From contig NC_042998.1 in the NCBI RefSeq assembly GCF_006345805.1, positions 14,756,001 to 14,820,000 on the forward strand: a DNA stretch of 64,000 bases, written 5' to 3'. Both the position numbers and the translations under genes were made by a program. The DNA comes from Octopus sinensis (taxonomy: Eukaryota). Of this stretch, positions 47,721 to 61,347 are shown piece after piece (position 1 is the first letter of the stretch; every line of letters begins with the position of its first letter). Below the pieces are notes generated by a model. That model worked only from the letters and a program-made list of their open reading frames with translations, did not search any database and was not told where the DNA came from.

Positions 47721-49754
47721 ACAGATCTTGGTATATAAGATTCTTGGTATTTTGGAATCCGGTTTATTCCTTACAACAAAGTAAATTTGTCTAAAGAGAA
47801 AATTAATGTACACTCGACTAAAATAATATTTTGCCCAATTTAACAGTTTTTACTAACCATAAATTTTGAAAATATTTGTTCGTTCCATGTCATGTCTACA
47901 ATTTTGATATTGCTGTCTCTTTAAAATTTTAAATCCCTGCTGTTCTATACGATTTTATGAAATAAATTTTTACATTTTTACTTCATTCTATTCTCTGTGT
48001 GTGTATGTGTAGTGTACTTAAGGCACATTTTGATGTATGTATGTATGAATATATATATTTATTATATACTTTTGAGTCTGGAAATTAACGCTATTCAGTT
48101 AATAAATGTCTATACCTTATTCAACAATACAGTTTGTAAAGTCCATATAAAGTTTGCTGGCGGGGGTTAAAGAATAGGTACACCACCCGTTTTCGGTGTG
48201 ACAAAAGCCCTAACCCTTCCTTAAACACCGGGTTGTATGTATTCTTTACCTTTGCCACTTTGTTTTACTGCTTATAGGAAATCCTTAAATTCAGTTTGAG
48301 TGATTTGCAGTCTTACAAATTAAATAAAATCTGAAAGATTTAGTAACGACCACCATTTTATAGCTTTGAATTGTCATATACCATACTTTTGTCTCTTATG
48401 GAAAGCCAAGCTTAAAGGACTCAGTCCTGTGTACCAGAGAGAGAATAAAGTAAAGTTAAAATGGAAAAATTGTAATCCATGAAATCGGGTTTTAATTTGC
48501 TATCCATTAAGGATTAAATAGTTGAAAATTCCCGACTGTATAATCACTACCATTGTACATATATATTCACATATGTATGTATAATCTCTTAACCCCACAC
48601 GTGTGCGAATACATATGGCGATCGAAATTTCTGTTAGCTTATTTTTCAATTTAAAATCTAATGGGATTAGTTAAATAATTTATATAAAATAAACCTCGAA
48701 AGTTCTCCCATGCTGTTATTTATTGTCAGTTGACTTTCTTGTGAGTGAATAAATAAATAAATATATTTCTGAAATATTTTCTTTCCCTATATTTAAATCA
48801 TTCTAAGTATTTTTGACTTTGTAAGTAAGTAAGTATTATTTTATCAGATAAGTTATGAGAAAGAAAGAAAGAAGAAAAAAAAAACTGTCTTTTATATATA
48901 TTTTTTTTTTCAAAAAAAAAGTTTTCAAAGTATTTAAAAAATCTTCTTTGGCGTTCAATGGACACGTGCTAAGGTGTGGACCATCATCACTTTACAAGCA
49001 CATGGGTTTCTATACATTGTCCCTCAGCCGAAAAACCCACTCGAATTTTGCTTGTTAATAATCACTGCTAAATTATTAATTACATTGTTTATACAACAAA
49101 ATAATTACAAAAGAATATAAATCCGGTTATTGCGACAAAAGTTTTAGCCTTTTTTTCTTTACATTTGCTCTAAGCTATTATCATGCCTCTTTGGTCATCC
49201 TCAAACCCAAATTTAAATCAGTAAAAATATTGATTTGAAATAGTATCGATATATATATATATATATATATATATTGCAGTATTTTTAAATTACTAGTTTA
49301 GTAATCGATATCTTATCCTAAATATAAATTTATTTGTTTCGTGCTAGTGTTTTTGTATTTTCGGCATATTTATATATATTTATTTAACATTTAATTTAAG
49401 TTGCTTTTGTAGCATAATGGAGTCGCTTTAGCCTTGATAACGAGTTGTGTAGTGGACCCATATATAACTTATTTTGTCGAGCCATTTAAAAACTACTGCA
49501 GAGAGAATTATAAAAGAAAAAAAAATGACAAAAGTTATATAGAATTCATTGTTTCTTAAATTTCTGAAAAATGCCGGGGAATTTTTTTTTTTCTTTTTTT
49601 TTTTAGGCCTTGTTTTTGCTTGGCTGAGATCTTCCCCGGTCTGCTAGTTTTTTTTCTTCTTCTCTTTTACTTAAGTTTAAAAAAAAAAAGCAAGCCGAGG
49701 AAAAGGTCTGCCTATGTGGCAAAGGCATGCTTCTGGGTCAACCTGTCTTTTTTT

Positions 49755-49830
49755 CGTTCAATATGGCGTCGTTCTCACGTGATGTCAGCTTAGCGAGCGA
49801 GCGAGATGGCCTTCTCTCCTTCTCTCTCGG
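49755..49830. promoter_or_regulatory. CpG-rich promoter-like cluster (YY1-like and E-box)
   Basis: AATATGGCG at 49760-49768, TCACGTGA at 49775-49782, (GCGA)n. Confidence 0.4.
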
Positions 49831-52599
49831 TTGAAAATCCTCCCTCCTCGAATCATCATCGATTGATTGATAGACGATACGATACGATACATATGCAACA
49901 TTACAATTGATTCATTGCTCTTCGTGTCACTTTTCGAAAAAATTACATTAGTACATTACATGGCAGCAATAAGTTTTTTTATTTATATATATATACATAT
50001 ATAAAGAAGAGGGTGGTTTAAAAAAAAAAATAGAAATGAGACATTACAGTTTTAATGATTGTCGAAATCTCATTTTCCCTCTTTCAACAACGAATGAATT
50101 CAATTTAAATCGTTTTTACTTACAGCGATCCGTGCTCCCCCCCTCCTTCCCTTTCTATTTGTCTCGTTGCTGACATTTTTCAAAAAGCTTGTGGCTTGTC
50201 TGCAACAACCCTATATACACATATAATACACACACATATATATATATATATTCAACAATATAAGGAGGAATGGCCATATAGGACATTCGACTCACTAGAA
50301 AGAGCAGCCAAAACTCAAACCGCTAAATAAGTTGTAATTCTGAAATAGAAAGGAGAAATAAAAAACGTTTACCCCCTTTCGTCTCTGGACTATGCATAGT
50401 TTCGGCAAACTTTAATAAATAAATTAATTAAATTAAATTCATTTACATCTGGCGTGTATGTATAGTTTTGTCACATTCCATCCTCCTCTTTCTATCTCTC
50501 TCTCTCCCCTTTGTTCCATAATTTGTCAGTTGTGTCGCTGTAATTATAAAAAGCACAGCATCCTGTCTGTATTCGGTCGGGAACGTTAGAATTTTTCATT
50601 TTTTTTATATATATATATATTTATATATATATATATATGTTAATCTGATAACTTTACAGTGCCATGTATATTTTAATCGTGTGTAAATTTGTTTAAAGAA
50701 AAAAAAAAGCCGATCTTTCTCTCCCTCTATATTTAAGATATATATATATGTATATATATACTTATATGCCGCGATCGCTACGTAGTAGATCGTTGCTGCT
50801 GCACTAGCATATATATAAAATGTATATATACTACATGTACCACCAACATTGTGTGCGAAAGTGAGGTGGTATGACAACAGGAAAGCTGTTAGCAGACAAA
50901 TAACTAAAGCTACTACTCCGGTTTATAATAATAGGTGCGCCACTGTTTTTCCAACATGCTCTGATCGTACTACATACCACATATCAAGCGCCCTTAATGT
51001 TCTCCTATACACATAAATATATTATATATATAGATATAAAAAATATATTTGTAGTGCACGCCGCATATGTGTATTACTCATTGACTGTTTGAAATTAAAA
51101 ATACTGCAGAAATTTAAATTACATCATGTCATATATATATATATATATATATACGGATTGAGCTTAATGGCTAATTATTATTTCTCTTCTTTTATTTTTA
51201 TTTTTCTGTTAGTTTTCTGACCATATCTTCTCATAATCATTTGTAGTAATTGAGTGTTTTTAGTTAGTATAATGGTGGGAAAAAAGAGGAAGCGAATATT
51301 ATATTATAGTCGGAATTAATGACACCCGTTCGTTTGAAACAATCTCTCTTTATTATTTTTTTATTTTAGTTTATTTCTAAGTGTACTTTTAATTAGGAAC
51401 CATGAAACTATATTCTTTGATACATTAAGTTCGAATTCGGTGTGGAGTTATTTTATATATATATATATATAAAATCAAAATTATTAACGACAAATGAAAC
51501 CGGATACTGTATATATGAATATATATATATATTTTATTTTTTTTAAACGCTTTGTCCTTAAAGTCGATTGTAAACTTCTCGTATCACGAGGCATGGCTCA
51601 GTAATTCTTGTCCTTACACGTCATAGAATATAATATATATGGTTTGATTTTTTTTTTTTTTACCATGTCGATGATCCATAATGACTTTTATGAAAAAAAA
51701 AGTACTTTTAAACATATTAAAGAAATTTCAAGTTTGTAAATAAATTTAAGATTTGTGTATTATTTATTTTATTTATTTATTTAGTAGTTTTATTTAACCC
51801 TTTTTTCTGTTTTTTAAACCGAACATATTTAGTTAAAAGTCGACTTAGTGGAAAAAAACTTCAAATTTTTAGTGTTCGTTACTGTTCGTTGGTTTCCGTT
51901 TCCTCTCGGTTATGACTAATTCGTAGCCAGAAATGAAATAGTTACATAATATTATACACTCGTTGCCTTTTGAAAATATGTGCATGGTTGCACAATATGT
52001 GTACGCAATCTTACATAAAAAAATTGCTTAATAAAATAAACTTTTTTTTTAAATAGTTTTTATTATTTTTTAAAATTCGTTTTCGTAGTGACACGTTGAT
52101 ATGTGACTACGTAGATGGCACTCAATATATTTGTATGGCTGGTTGTATCGATTCGCACCCAAATTTATCACAACCACACATATACTGGCCTATTGAATGT
52201 GTGTCTACTACGTGTAGCAGCTTTACTATTTTCTTATACCCTAATATTTATTATTATTCATCGTAATTTTAACGTCTTCTCTATTGATGAGACCTGTCTT
52301 TGTATATTTTAAAATAAAATTTCGACATAGATCTCTTCCACAGAACACAGCAAAAGTTGTAGGGTTTTAGAGGATTTAAATCTCTTGATCTTGTCTAGAA
52401 GTATATAATTAGTGTAATTAAACACCAGATGTTTAATTATCAGAATAAATACTCAAATTATTAGTATATATATATTAGTACATTCGTCGTGTACTACTAT
52501 TACTATTAGTACTACTAAATGTTGAAAGTAAAATATTAAGAGGGATCGTATCTAATTACTGAACTGTTTTGGCCTATGAAAAATAAAAGTATCCCTGGT

Positions 52600-52782
52600 C
52601 TTAAATCTTCTTTTCCCCCCGTGCAACGCCGCGCGTGTGTTTTTGTAAGTTGGGGGGGTTCGGCGTCTGACGCGCTGGTTTCAGTTTTGAAAGTTTCGAG
52701 TTGGCGCTAATATCCCATGGTCAATGTTTTCGCGGCGCAGGCGCACTGCGATCGCCGCCAAGTGGTTTCCTCAGACGCCATA
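52600..52782 (+). promoter_or_regulatory. Proximal promoter/5' UTR of the TIA1/TIAR gene
   Basis: Local CpG enrichment, NRF1-like GGCGCAGGCGCA at 52734-52745, directly upstream of ATG 52783. Confidence 0.55.
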
Positions 52783-52794
52783 ATGTCTGAACAG
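52783..52794 (+). CDS. TIAL1: TIA1/TIAR homolog, putative first coding micro-exon (MSEQ)
   Basis: GCCATAATG context, CAG|GTACTT donor, phase 0 join to the next exon. Confidence 0.55.
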
Positions 52795-53066
52795 GTACTT
52801 GTTCTCCCCCACCTCCTTTTTTCTTTCCAATTTATTATTATTATTGTTATTTTATTTTACTCGCGTGTCTTATCTTTTTTTTTTTGTTTTCCTTATTTCC
52901 TTTTTTTTTTAAATCCTAAAGTGAGAAAAAAGGAAAGAAAAAAAAATCTCCCCTCCCTCCCCGTTTCTCTCTGTGTTTGTTCGGTAATTAACCCCTTGAT
53001 GATGAAACAAATGTGCATTTGTTGTCGTTAAAGATATATCTTTTTTCCATTATTTCCTTTTTCCAG

Positions 53067-53098
53067 ATGCCTGGCGAAGAGTCACAGCCACGTACACT
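53067..53098 (+). CDS. TIAL1: TIA1/TIAR homolog exon (MPGEESQPRTL)
   Basis: TTTTTCCAG| acceptor and |GTAAGT donor; QPRTL matches TIAR MMEDDGQPRTLYVGNL, and the phase-2 intron in the Leu codon is as in vertebrate TIA1/TIAL1. Invertebrates usually have one co-ortholog (Rox8-type). Confidence 0.9.
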
Positions 53099-53776
53099 GT
53101 AAGTACCTTTTTTTGTCTATTTAACCCCCTCATTACTTTCAAAAATACGATGTTCGTATATATAGTTTCTATATATATATAATGTGTGTATAAAGCAAAG
53201 GGCATGTTGGAAATGTACATTTATACGTCTGTCTAGAAGCATATCGTTCGTGACCTAACCCCCTCCTCCTGCCGACAATTTTCCACTCGTATTTTCCTGC
53301 CCTTTCTATGATTGTTGTCTTTGAACTTCTATTTGGGTTTTTCTTTTTATATACACAATTGCAGTTATATAATTCGTTTAGATAAATCTAAAAAATGTTG
53401 TCCATGCAACGATTATCCTTCTGAAACTGTGTATGTATGTATAACAATAAATGGGCAGCAGCTATACGTGGCTATGGTAGTTATTATTGGAAGACATATT
53501 TCTGCTAACATAAATCTCGTTATCGTGTGTAGTAGATACGTGTACCGGCATATATATGTATATATATATATATGTGTGTGTGTGTATATATATATATAAT
53601 GCAGTCTTATGTGCGTGTATATATTTTACATATGCATGGATAAATGCGTGAGTGTGTGTATGTTATGTATATATATATATACGTTTTGTGTGTTTTGCAT
53701 GAAGTTGTTGTCCACGTAATCATAGCTGATCTGATCCCTCCTTTCTACTTAATTTTTTTTCTGTTTGTTGTTGTAG

Positions 53777-53873
53777 GTACGTCGGCAATTTAGATCCTTC
53801 TGTCGATGAAAATTTCATTCTAGCCTTATTTACTCAAATGGGGCCATGCAAAAGCTGTAAGATCATCCATGAA
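53777..53873 (+). CDS. TIAL1: TIA1/TIAR homolog exon, RRM1 RNP2 (YVGNLDPSVDENFILALFTQMGPCKSCKIIHE)
   Basis: TTGTAG| and |GTGAGT sites, 97 nt, YVGNL and GPCKSCK motifs of TIAR RRM1. Confidence 0.95.
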
Positions 53874-54504
53874 GTGAGTAAACTTTATTCTATTTATAAA
53901 TATATATATATATGTATATGTATGTATATATGTAAAAATGTACGAAAACGTTTCTTTTTTAAAAAGTACAAGTACATATGGTAATTTCATGATTGTAAAC
54001 AATTGGTGTGAAGTAGTTCATAATATGCGTGTGTAATTGTGTTTATTTTGTAATGATTTTCTAAGTTCCATATTCAGTTTGTGATATTGGGCGAAATACT
54101 TGTAGCATGTGCACATAAATAGCTGCGATCACGACTGTAATGATATCGGTGCTGTTAAACTAAAAACTGTTCAGCTGTCAGGTCTATTGACGTGTCATAT
54201 GTATGTATAATGTGTTTGATCTAAATTACCCGTGTAATAGCAGTTAACCTTTTCTATTATTGTCCATATGGTTTAATGTGTAGTAGGAGCTGTAGGTGCT
54301 GCTTGATTTATTATTAGTTCCTGGATTTTGAATTTTGTGAAAATCTGAATTAAATCTGGTTTTTATTTTTTTTTTTTCCATTTTTCTCACATTAGAGATA
54401 GTTTGTGTGGTAAGAGGTTAACATTGAAGCAAGGAGTGGTTGCATTTGTTGAAAGAAATAGGAACTTTAGTACAGTTTTTTTAATTTTTTTATCTTAAGC
54501 TTAA

Positions 54505-54714
54505 CCCTTTCGTTACTAAACCGGCTCTGTTCTGTAGTACAAATGCCTTGTTTTCATAAGTTTTGAATTAAAATCTTCCACCAAACCTTAGTCACAATTT
54601 ATGTTCCTAACACTAGTTTAATGATAACTAAGTTATTTTACTAAATTCTTTGTTATGTTTAAAGTAATTGAAAGAAACACAGAACATCTCAAAATAAATA
54701 CAGTAACGAAAGAA
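54505..54714. mobile_element. Family F MITE in the TIAR intron
   Basis: TTAA|CCCTTTCGTTA start; body matches 39200-39419; right TIR damaged. Confidence 0.82.
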
Positions 54715-57700
54715 TAAAAATAAGGTGTGCAGTTTGAATTTCTAACGTATTGCAGAAATTAGTGTTGATCACGCAGAAAGGTTTTGCTTGCATTGATATA
54801 TATTTAAACCTGTTTGTACACACATTTACATGAAATGTTTGATGTGTGTGTAGTGAGTTGATTGATGCCAGCAATTTCTTTTAAACACTGTTTCACAACA
54901 AATGAAAGTGATTGTAAAGAAATCTAAATTATGATTTTAGTTGAATGTTACAGTTTTAAGTGATTTTGTGTTCACTTGATTTCTTTTTAATTTTGCTGAG
55001 AATTTTCTGGAGCAGTATTTCAAAACATTCTACTTTAGATTCCTCCCTTATGTGTATCAGTTTGTCCAAAATCCTTCCCATTTGTCTTGAGTAAATTTTT
55101 GCACTATTTTAAAATAAGGTTAAAATTAGAGAAAAAGAAAACACTATTTTGACAAATCATAACCTCATGAAGAAAGGTATAAAATTTCTTTTTATTCTCA
55201 GTGTTAATGAATTGAAAGTGAGTTTAAACTATTTCCTTATGGTTGGATTAATAAATATTTACAGCTAACATCAAAGAGAATTTTAAATTTGCGTATATGT
55301 GTATGACCCTCAAAATGATAAAAAGGAAGATATTTTATAAAATCAGTTTCCTCTAAATTGAGAAACACTGGTCTGGAAGAAGCTACCATGTGCACAGCTT
55401 TTGTTGATTGCCACAAAACAATTATGTCCATGTTTAAATGTTTGCTCTTGAGCAGCTGTTAGAATATCCTGTTCAGGAAGAGAATTTCGGAGAGATAGCA
55501 GTGAAAAGAGGACGGACTGGGAGAAATAGTTAAAGCAATGCCTTGGGAACATGGACACTGACTGACCAGTAAATTGGGTGCCCCTCATTAGATGATGGCA
55601 TGAGACCAGTGAACTCCCTACAAGCAGAGGCCATGTGTAGTAGTCATAGAAAAGGCAGAACAGTGGGCCAGAGATGGGAGTGTTTTGATAAACAACTGAA
55701 TGGATATTGTCTAGAATGGCTGTAGTTTGTGATTGTGTGACCTAGTATTTATGACATGCAACTTTTGTTCAAATTTTATTTTTTCAAGTTGTATCCTTTT
55801 AAAAAAGGAAATGCTATATGATTTCTTAAATTGTAAATCGCACCGATTTGACATTCCTCTGCCTTTGTACCAAGAATTCTTAGATTTTATTCTTTCTTGA
55901 ACTACGCCATTTTATTTCTCTCTTGGCTGCGTTGACACACTTGGGGAGATGTTTTCTGCATGGCAGTTGGGTAAAGCAGGAATTTCACAAATTAAACACT
56001 TTTAAACATCTATTTAACTGTAATAACCATGTGAAGCAGGTATCATCATTTCATGTCTACTTTGCAACTTGGGTATATATTGCTGGGATTGTCGCTGTCC
56101 AACACACTTATTTGGAACTGCTGCCCTCTATGCATTAACTTTTGACTTCATAATATTTTGGATTACAATTTGGCCAAAGATTCCATAATGGAAATAAAAG
56201 CTAAAAGTATATTCTTGAAGCCCATTAGCTTTGAAATCTGTTATCATTATTTTGAAAACATCCATTTTAAGGAATTCTTACTTAAAATGCTACAATATAT
56301 GCTCTCTAGGTGGTTAATATAACCTTATAATGGCTTACATTTTATTAGCACATTTTATATCAGTAATTCCTCCAATTTTTTTTACAGCTGTTACATATTG
56401 ATTAATGGATGATTTAAGGTTTTTATTTTTTACAAAGCTCAAACTATATAGTACAACATTTGGAATGTGATTTTGTTTACTTTCAAGAAGAATTAGTCAT
56501 TTATTATAATTCTTATGAAATAAATGAATTGTCGTGCATTTCAATAAATTTTTAAAATAATTAGTAATTTGAAGTGATTTACGAATCAACTGTTGTATTA
56601 TTAGTCCAGTTCTTGAAACATGCAGCTCTTACATGGAATTATCAAGAATATTACATAATTTAAGACAAGGTGTTTTATATTGTAGTGCAAAGGACGCTTG
56701 TGAATTTCTTGGTAAAGGTTTACACTCGTTCAGATAAGACTTGAATAGTTTGATGCGAAAGAAAGAAATTGGAATCCTTGTCTGAGAGATATCTCTGTTG
56801 CATCCACAGTTGAGATTTGACTATATGTAGTGAATCTTTCTTGCAAGAAATTTAGAATGTTTGGTTTAAATGGAAATTTGGAAGTTAATATAGTTACTTC
56901 AAAACTTCCGTTTTGGAAACAGTATGTAATAGTTTATTAATTGAACATATGTGCATTTGAATCATTAGGTAAGTTAGGGATTTGTACAGCATAGCTTCAT
57001 AAAATTTTGAATTAAGTGGATTGTCTAGAGTATTTGAGAGCTTTTGGGGCATTAGGTCTTCAATATTTACTCAGTCAGGGTGCTGAATTAAGGGATTTAA
57101 AAAGAAAAAAATGATAGAATTATTTGATATAAAATTACTGGGATAGTCTTAAGTCTTAAATACCCCCCTCCTGCTAAAAATGTCTTGGTTTTTTTACTGT
57201 TTCAATTCTCAACTACATTTTCTTTTGGTTAAAGTGCTTAATGTTATCTGTTCTTGTTAGCTCAGCCAAAAGAGGTAGACTCTCTCTATGACAACCAGAC
57301 CTCTTTCGAATCAAACCCTATTTGTTGCTTAATATTTTTAGAATTTAAACCAGCCATATCCAGCATAAACAATCACATCATAGAAATCTCAAAGCAACAA
57401 GGTAATGCATAATTAATTAGAACAACAAGAATAGATAAGCATTACGTTTGATAGTCTGAATGCTAAAAGATTAAAGTTAAATCTCCATTGAAGTTAGACA
57501 ATTATATGAATAGCTTTGTTAGTTTATGCTTAGAATCTTATGGTATGGAAAGATTTTAGTTTCGCTATAATAACCTTAAAACTGAAATACTTATTGTCAT
57601 TTCTTTAAACATTCATAGCTTTCTATAAAACTTTATCTCAATATAATTATTTTACAATTCAGACATTGGTTGTGTGGAATGTCTTATCAATTTTACAATT

Positions 57701-57800
57701 TCTTGTAGCATTCCTCTCAAAATGTCAATAACTTAAATATGGTGGTTTTGTGATATTTCGGAACTTTTATGACAATATCAATATCCAGTCCTCTTGTAAA

Positions 57801-57977
57801 CCCTTTAGCATTTAAACTGGCCAGATCTTGCCTTTCACAGCTACCCTACAACATCATTCTAAAAATAAACCACATCATTGAAATGCTGAAGCTATGTATG
57901 AGATAATGCATGATTAGTTCAAACCAACATGAATAAATAAACATTACATTTGATGGACTAATCTGAATGTTGAAAGG
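57801..57977. mobile_element. Second TTAA-type MITE family (G), decayed
   Basis: CCCTTTAGCATT...AATGTTGAAAGG; related copies near 18278, 41188, 57340 and 60543. Confidence 0.65.
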
Positions 57978-58319
57978 TCAATGTTAACTCCATCCGTATG
58001 TACATACAGAAGCCACCACTTATAATTTTTACATCTGTTTAAGATTCTTTTCCCATTCTCAACTCCCGTCAGTCTTACACATCTATTACAGTGACTGTAA
58101 ACCTGCAATGAGGACTAGCAAGGTCCAAAAAAGACAAATTTCAAGAAATATAGTTAACACAACCATCTTATTGTTGCTCAATTGCAGGATCTTTTAACAT
58201 TACAATATCTTTTAGTGATCAAGTAATCTTCACATATGTAAGATTCCTCCTCAGTTCTGAGTTGTTCATAGTTCTTTAAATAAAGTATAATTCAGTCTTC
58301 AATGGATACTGACATTCGT

Positions 58320-58671
58320 TGTGCCAGTGGCATGTAAAGAGCACCATCTGAACGTGGCCGATGCCAGCGCCGCCTTGACTGGCTTCTGTGCCGGTGACAC
58401 ATGACCTGCTGTGCTTGAGGAGACCTATTGAGTCAAGTACATCAAAATAAATATCAAATGGAAATGGTAGTTGTGATACCTGTGCCGGTGGCACGTAAAA
58501 AGCACCAACCGATCGTGGCCGCTGCCAGCTTCCCCTGGAGTGGTTGGCATCCAGCTGTAGAAACACTGCCAGATCAGACTGGAGCCTGGTGCAGCCTCCT
58601 AGCTTCCCAGACTCTGGTTGAACTGTCCAACCCGTGCTAGAATGGAAAACGGACGTTAAACGATGATGATG
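58320..58671 (+). mobile_element. Family B (RTE 3' UTR) in the TIAR intron
   Basis: Hairpin units and (GAT)n tail. Confidence 0.82.
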
Positions 58672-59060
58672 TCTCTGAAGGTGGCCATGTTAGCAGCTTT
58701 ACTGTTTGTTGATGGTGAGATAGCTTATTAGGCCAATATTAACATATGGTTACACTGTGGGCATGTAATATGCAGAGTAAGGAGCCTGTGGGACTCCTGT
58801 TTTTTGTGCAGCATTCCTATCTTCAAATTCTTTGATCATTTCTGATTCTATGGCACTATGCCACAATGAGCAATCTTGCATAGGGAACAGATGTTAAGCA
58901 TATATCAAAATGCAACTTCTCACTTAGACATTTTGTGGGATGCAATCAAATTGTCTCTCATCGTGGACAACTATGGAGCAATGTTTTGGAACTTTGAATA
59001 ATTCACATGATTCATATATAATAGCAAGAATCCAAACATTGTATTGATTCTCAGTACAGT

Positions 59061-59217
59061 CATCATCATTGTTTAACGTCCGTTCTCCGTGCTAGCATGG
59101 GTTTGACGATTCGACCGGGGTCTGGGAAGCCAGGAGGTTGCACCAGGCTCCAGTCTGATCTGGCAGTGTTTCTACAGCTGGATGCCCTTCCTAATGTCAA
59201 CCACTCTGAGTGTAGCA
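59061..59217 (-). mobile_element. Family B tail in the TIAR intron, inverted relative to 58320
   Basis: (CAT)n...GGATGCCCTTCC. Confidence 0.82.
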
Positions 59218-60542
59218 TTTTTTAAAAAACTTAATCTGTTTAACTGTCATTTCTGCTTTATCAGGCGATGGTTTTCTGAACTTGACATTGTTTATCTTCC
59301 TAGTTTTTATCAGTCTTTCGTACTTCTATTGAATATTTTGTATATACTTCAAAAGTCATACATTTTTTTCAACCCGTAGCTGCTTGTATTTCTCCTACAA
59401 CCAATAACCTCAACAACTTACATCTAAATCTTAGCCAATCAATGTATGCCAGTGTTAGAGGATCTGAAGCACTTATAAGCCCTGATTTTAGCCAAGCTAG
59501 ATAAAATTAGACCCAAACATTTTGTTGTAAAAACAATTATAAAAGCATTGTCCCAAATTTCTAGGATTTTTTTTTTTCAATTTTTCTCATTCATTTAATT
59601 AGTTGCTGTGGTATTAATTGGCATATGGCTATAAAATTTGACTTTACTTAGTACCTACAGTTCTTGTTTTAATTAGATGGTGCTTTTTTTAACGTATTGA
59701 GTAGGAAGTGAGCAAAGTAGACTCGCTGAAATAATGTGCTCTGCTATCTTTACGATATCAAGTGATCTTCAATCTTCTCTTTATATATTGAATTGACTTC
59801 AAAGTCCTGATGTTCCACACAGTTGTTATTTAGTTTCTGATTTCAGCTATGGCCATCTTGTCTTTTTCCACACGTACACAAGTATGTTCAATATATGTTT
59901 TCCTTTTCTAAGACCATAGATTGTGATATAAAGGGAGAGATATCAATGCTATTTCTAATAAGCCGGGTGACTGTAAAGATTCGTTTCCACAGTTTTAGAT
60001 AATGTTATCTAGAATTAAGTTGTAACAATTAGAATTGACACATTTTCTGTTAAAAGTTAGCCGGTACAGTATTGTCTGAGCGCCATGTAGAAATGGGGTT
60101 TTTTTCTTTCAGATTCCTTTGATGTTAAAAAACAAGTGAAAAAAAATAGTAGTTGTTTTTCTTGATCTTGATCATCATCATCATCATCATTGTTCGACCG
60201 TGGTCGAGACAATCGATCTTGATACTTTGTTGAGCTTTTGTTAAAAAGACTCTGTTGCATGACATTCGCCAGTTTTAGCTTTCTAAGAATCCTTTCTTAT
60301 GGAGTTGCTGTCGATAGCAGCTGCTATTCAAACTTGGAATTTGTACAGGTCTTTTATGTTTCAACTGGTGTTTTTTTGCTCGTTTGATTAATTGCAAAAA
60401 CTTGTCTGCAGGAAATTGCTTGAGCTCTTACAAATCTGGTACTTTGGTTATCTCTTACATAGAATAAATCTTCATTTTCAAGTAGGTATTGTCTTTGTTC
60501 ACTAGTGACTTTATGATGCTTGTATTGCCAACTTCAACTGAT

Positions 60543-60680
60543 ACACATTTGAACTGGCTATAATTGAGTCAAATATTCAAACTAACCAGATCCAACCTCT
60601 CACACCTATCCACGATACATAATTAGTTCAAAACAGTGTGAATAAGCATTGCATTTAACAATAATTTGAATGCTAAAGGG
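60543..60680. mobile_element. Family G MITE remnant
   Basis: Ends AATGCTAAAGGG|TTAA. Confidence 0.6.
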
Positions 60681-61251
60681 TTAATAACTATCTCCTTTCT
60701 AGGCATATTGTTGGTTTTGTTTTCCTCTCTGTGAAATGAATTCAAACTGATAATAAAGTTGCTAATCTCCAGGAATTACCAACAGTACAATACAGAAAAC
60801 AGCTTTTATAAATGCCTCTAGAATAAGGGTTACATTTGTTAAGTGTTATACTTGTATCTTATTTCTAAGAGTTCTCAACAATATTTTGATGCTTGTTACC
60901 TACAAGTTTTTGCTACATGTAGAAAGATGTCTGAGAGCTGTTTGAAAGGAAGAGGTGTAACTACTTTAGCAAATGTTATTAGACTAAATGTTTTGGTTGT
61001 CTTAGTCATTAGAAATATTTTTGAATTTCCAAATAATTCCTTTCAATTGCTGCTTTGGTAGAAAAATCATCCAAATTATTTGAAATCATTGATTTATAAA
61101 TGCTGGGTTTTTTCATATAAATATGTACTTGTTTTGTTTTTGGAGTGACTTTGTTGGATTGATATTTGATGTTGGTAAATATTTTTCTTTTTATTTAGTC
61201 TGTTGTTTAATTTCACTTTTATCTAATCTGTTTATACTTTCCATCTTTCAG

Positions 61252-61347
61252 CCTGGAAACGATCCTTATTGTTTTGTTGAGTTTTATGACCATACTTCAG
61301 CAGCTTCGGCTCTTGCAGCTTTGAATAAACGCTTTTGTATGGGACGG
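61252..61347 (+). CDS. TIAL1: TIA1/TIAR homolog exon, RRM1 RNP1 ([32 protein letters not shown]); gene continues past the window
   Basis: CTTTCAG| and |GTAAGT sites, 96 nt, [10 protein letters not shown] signature of TIA1/TIAR, CTAAT branch point 24 nt upstream. Confidence 0.95.

Noticed and set aside
48900-49040. Minus-strand GTGATGA as a C/D snoRNA C box
   Set aside because: No D box (CTGA) or terminal stem at a suitable distance.
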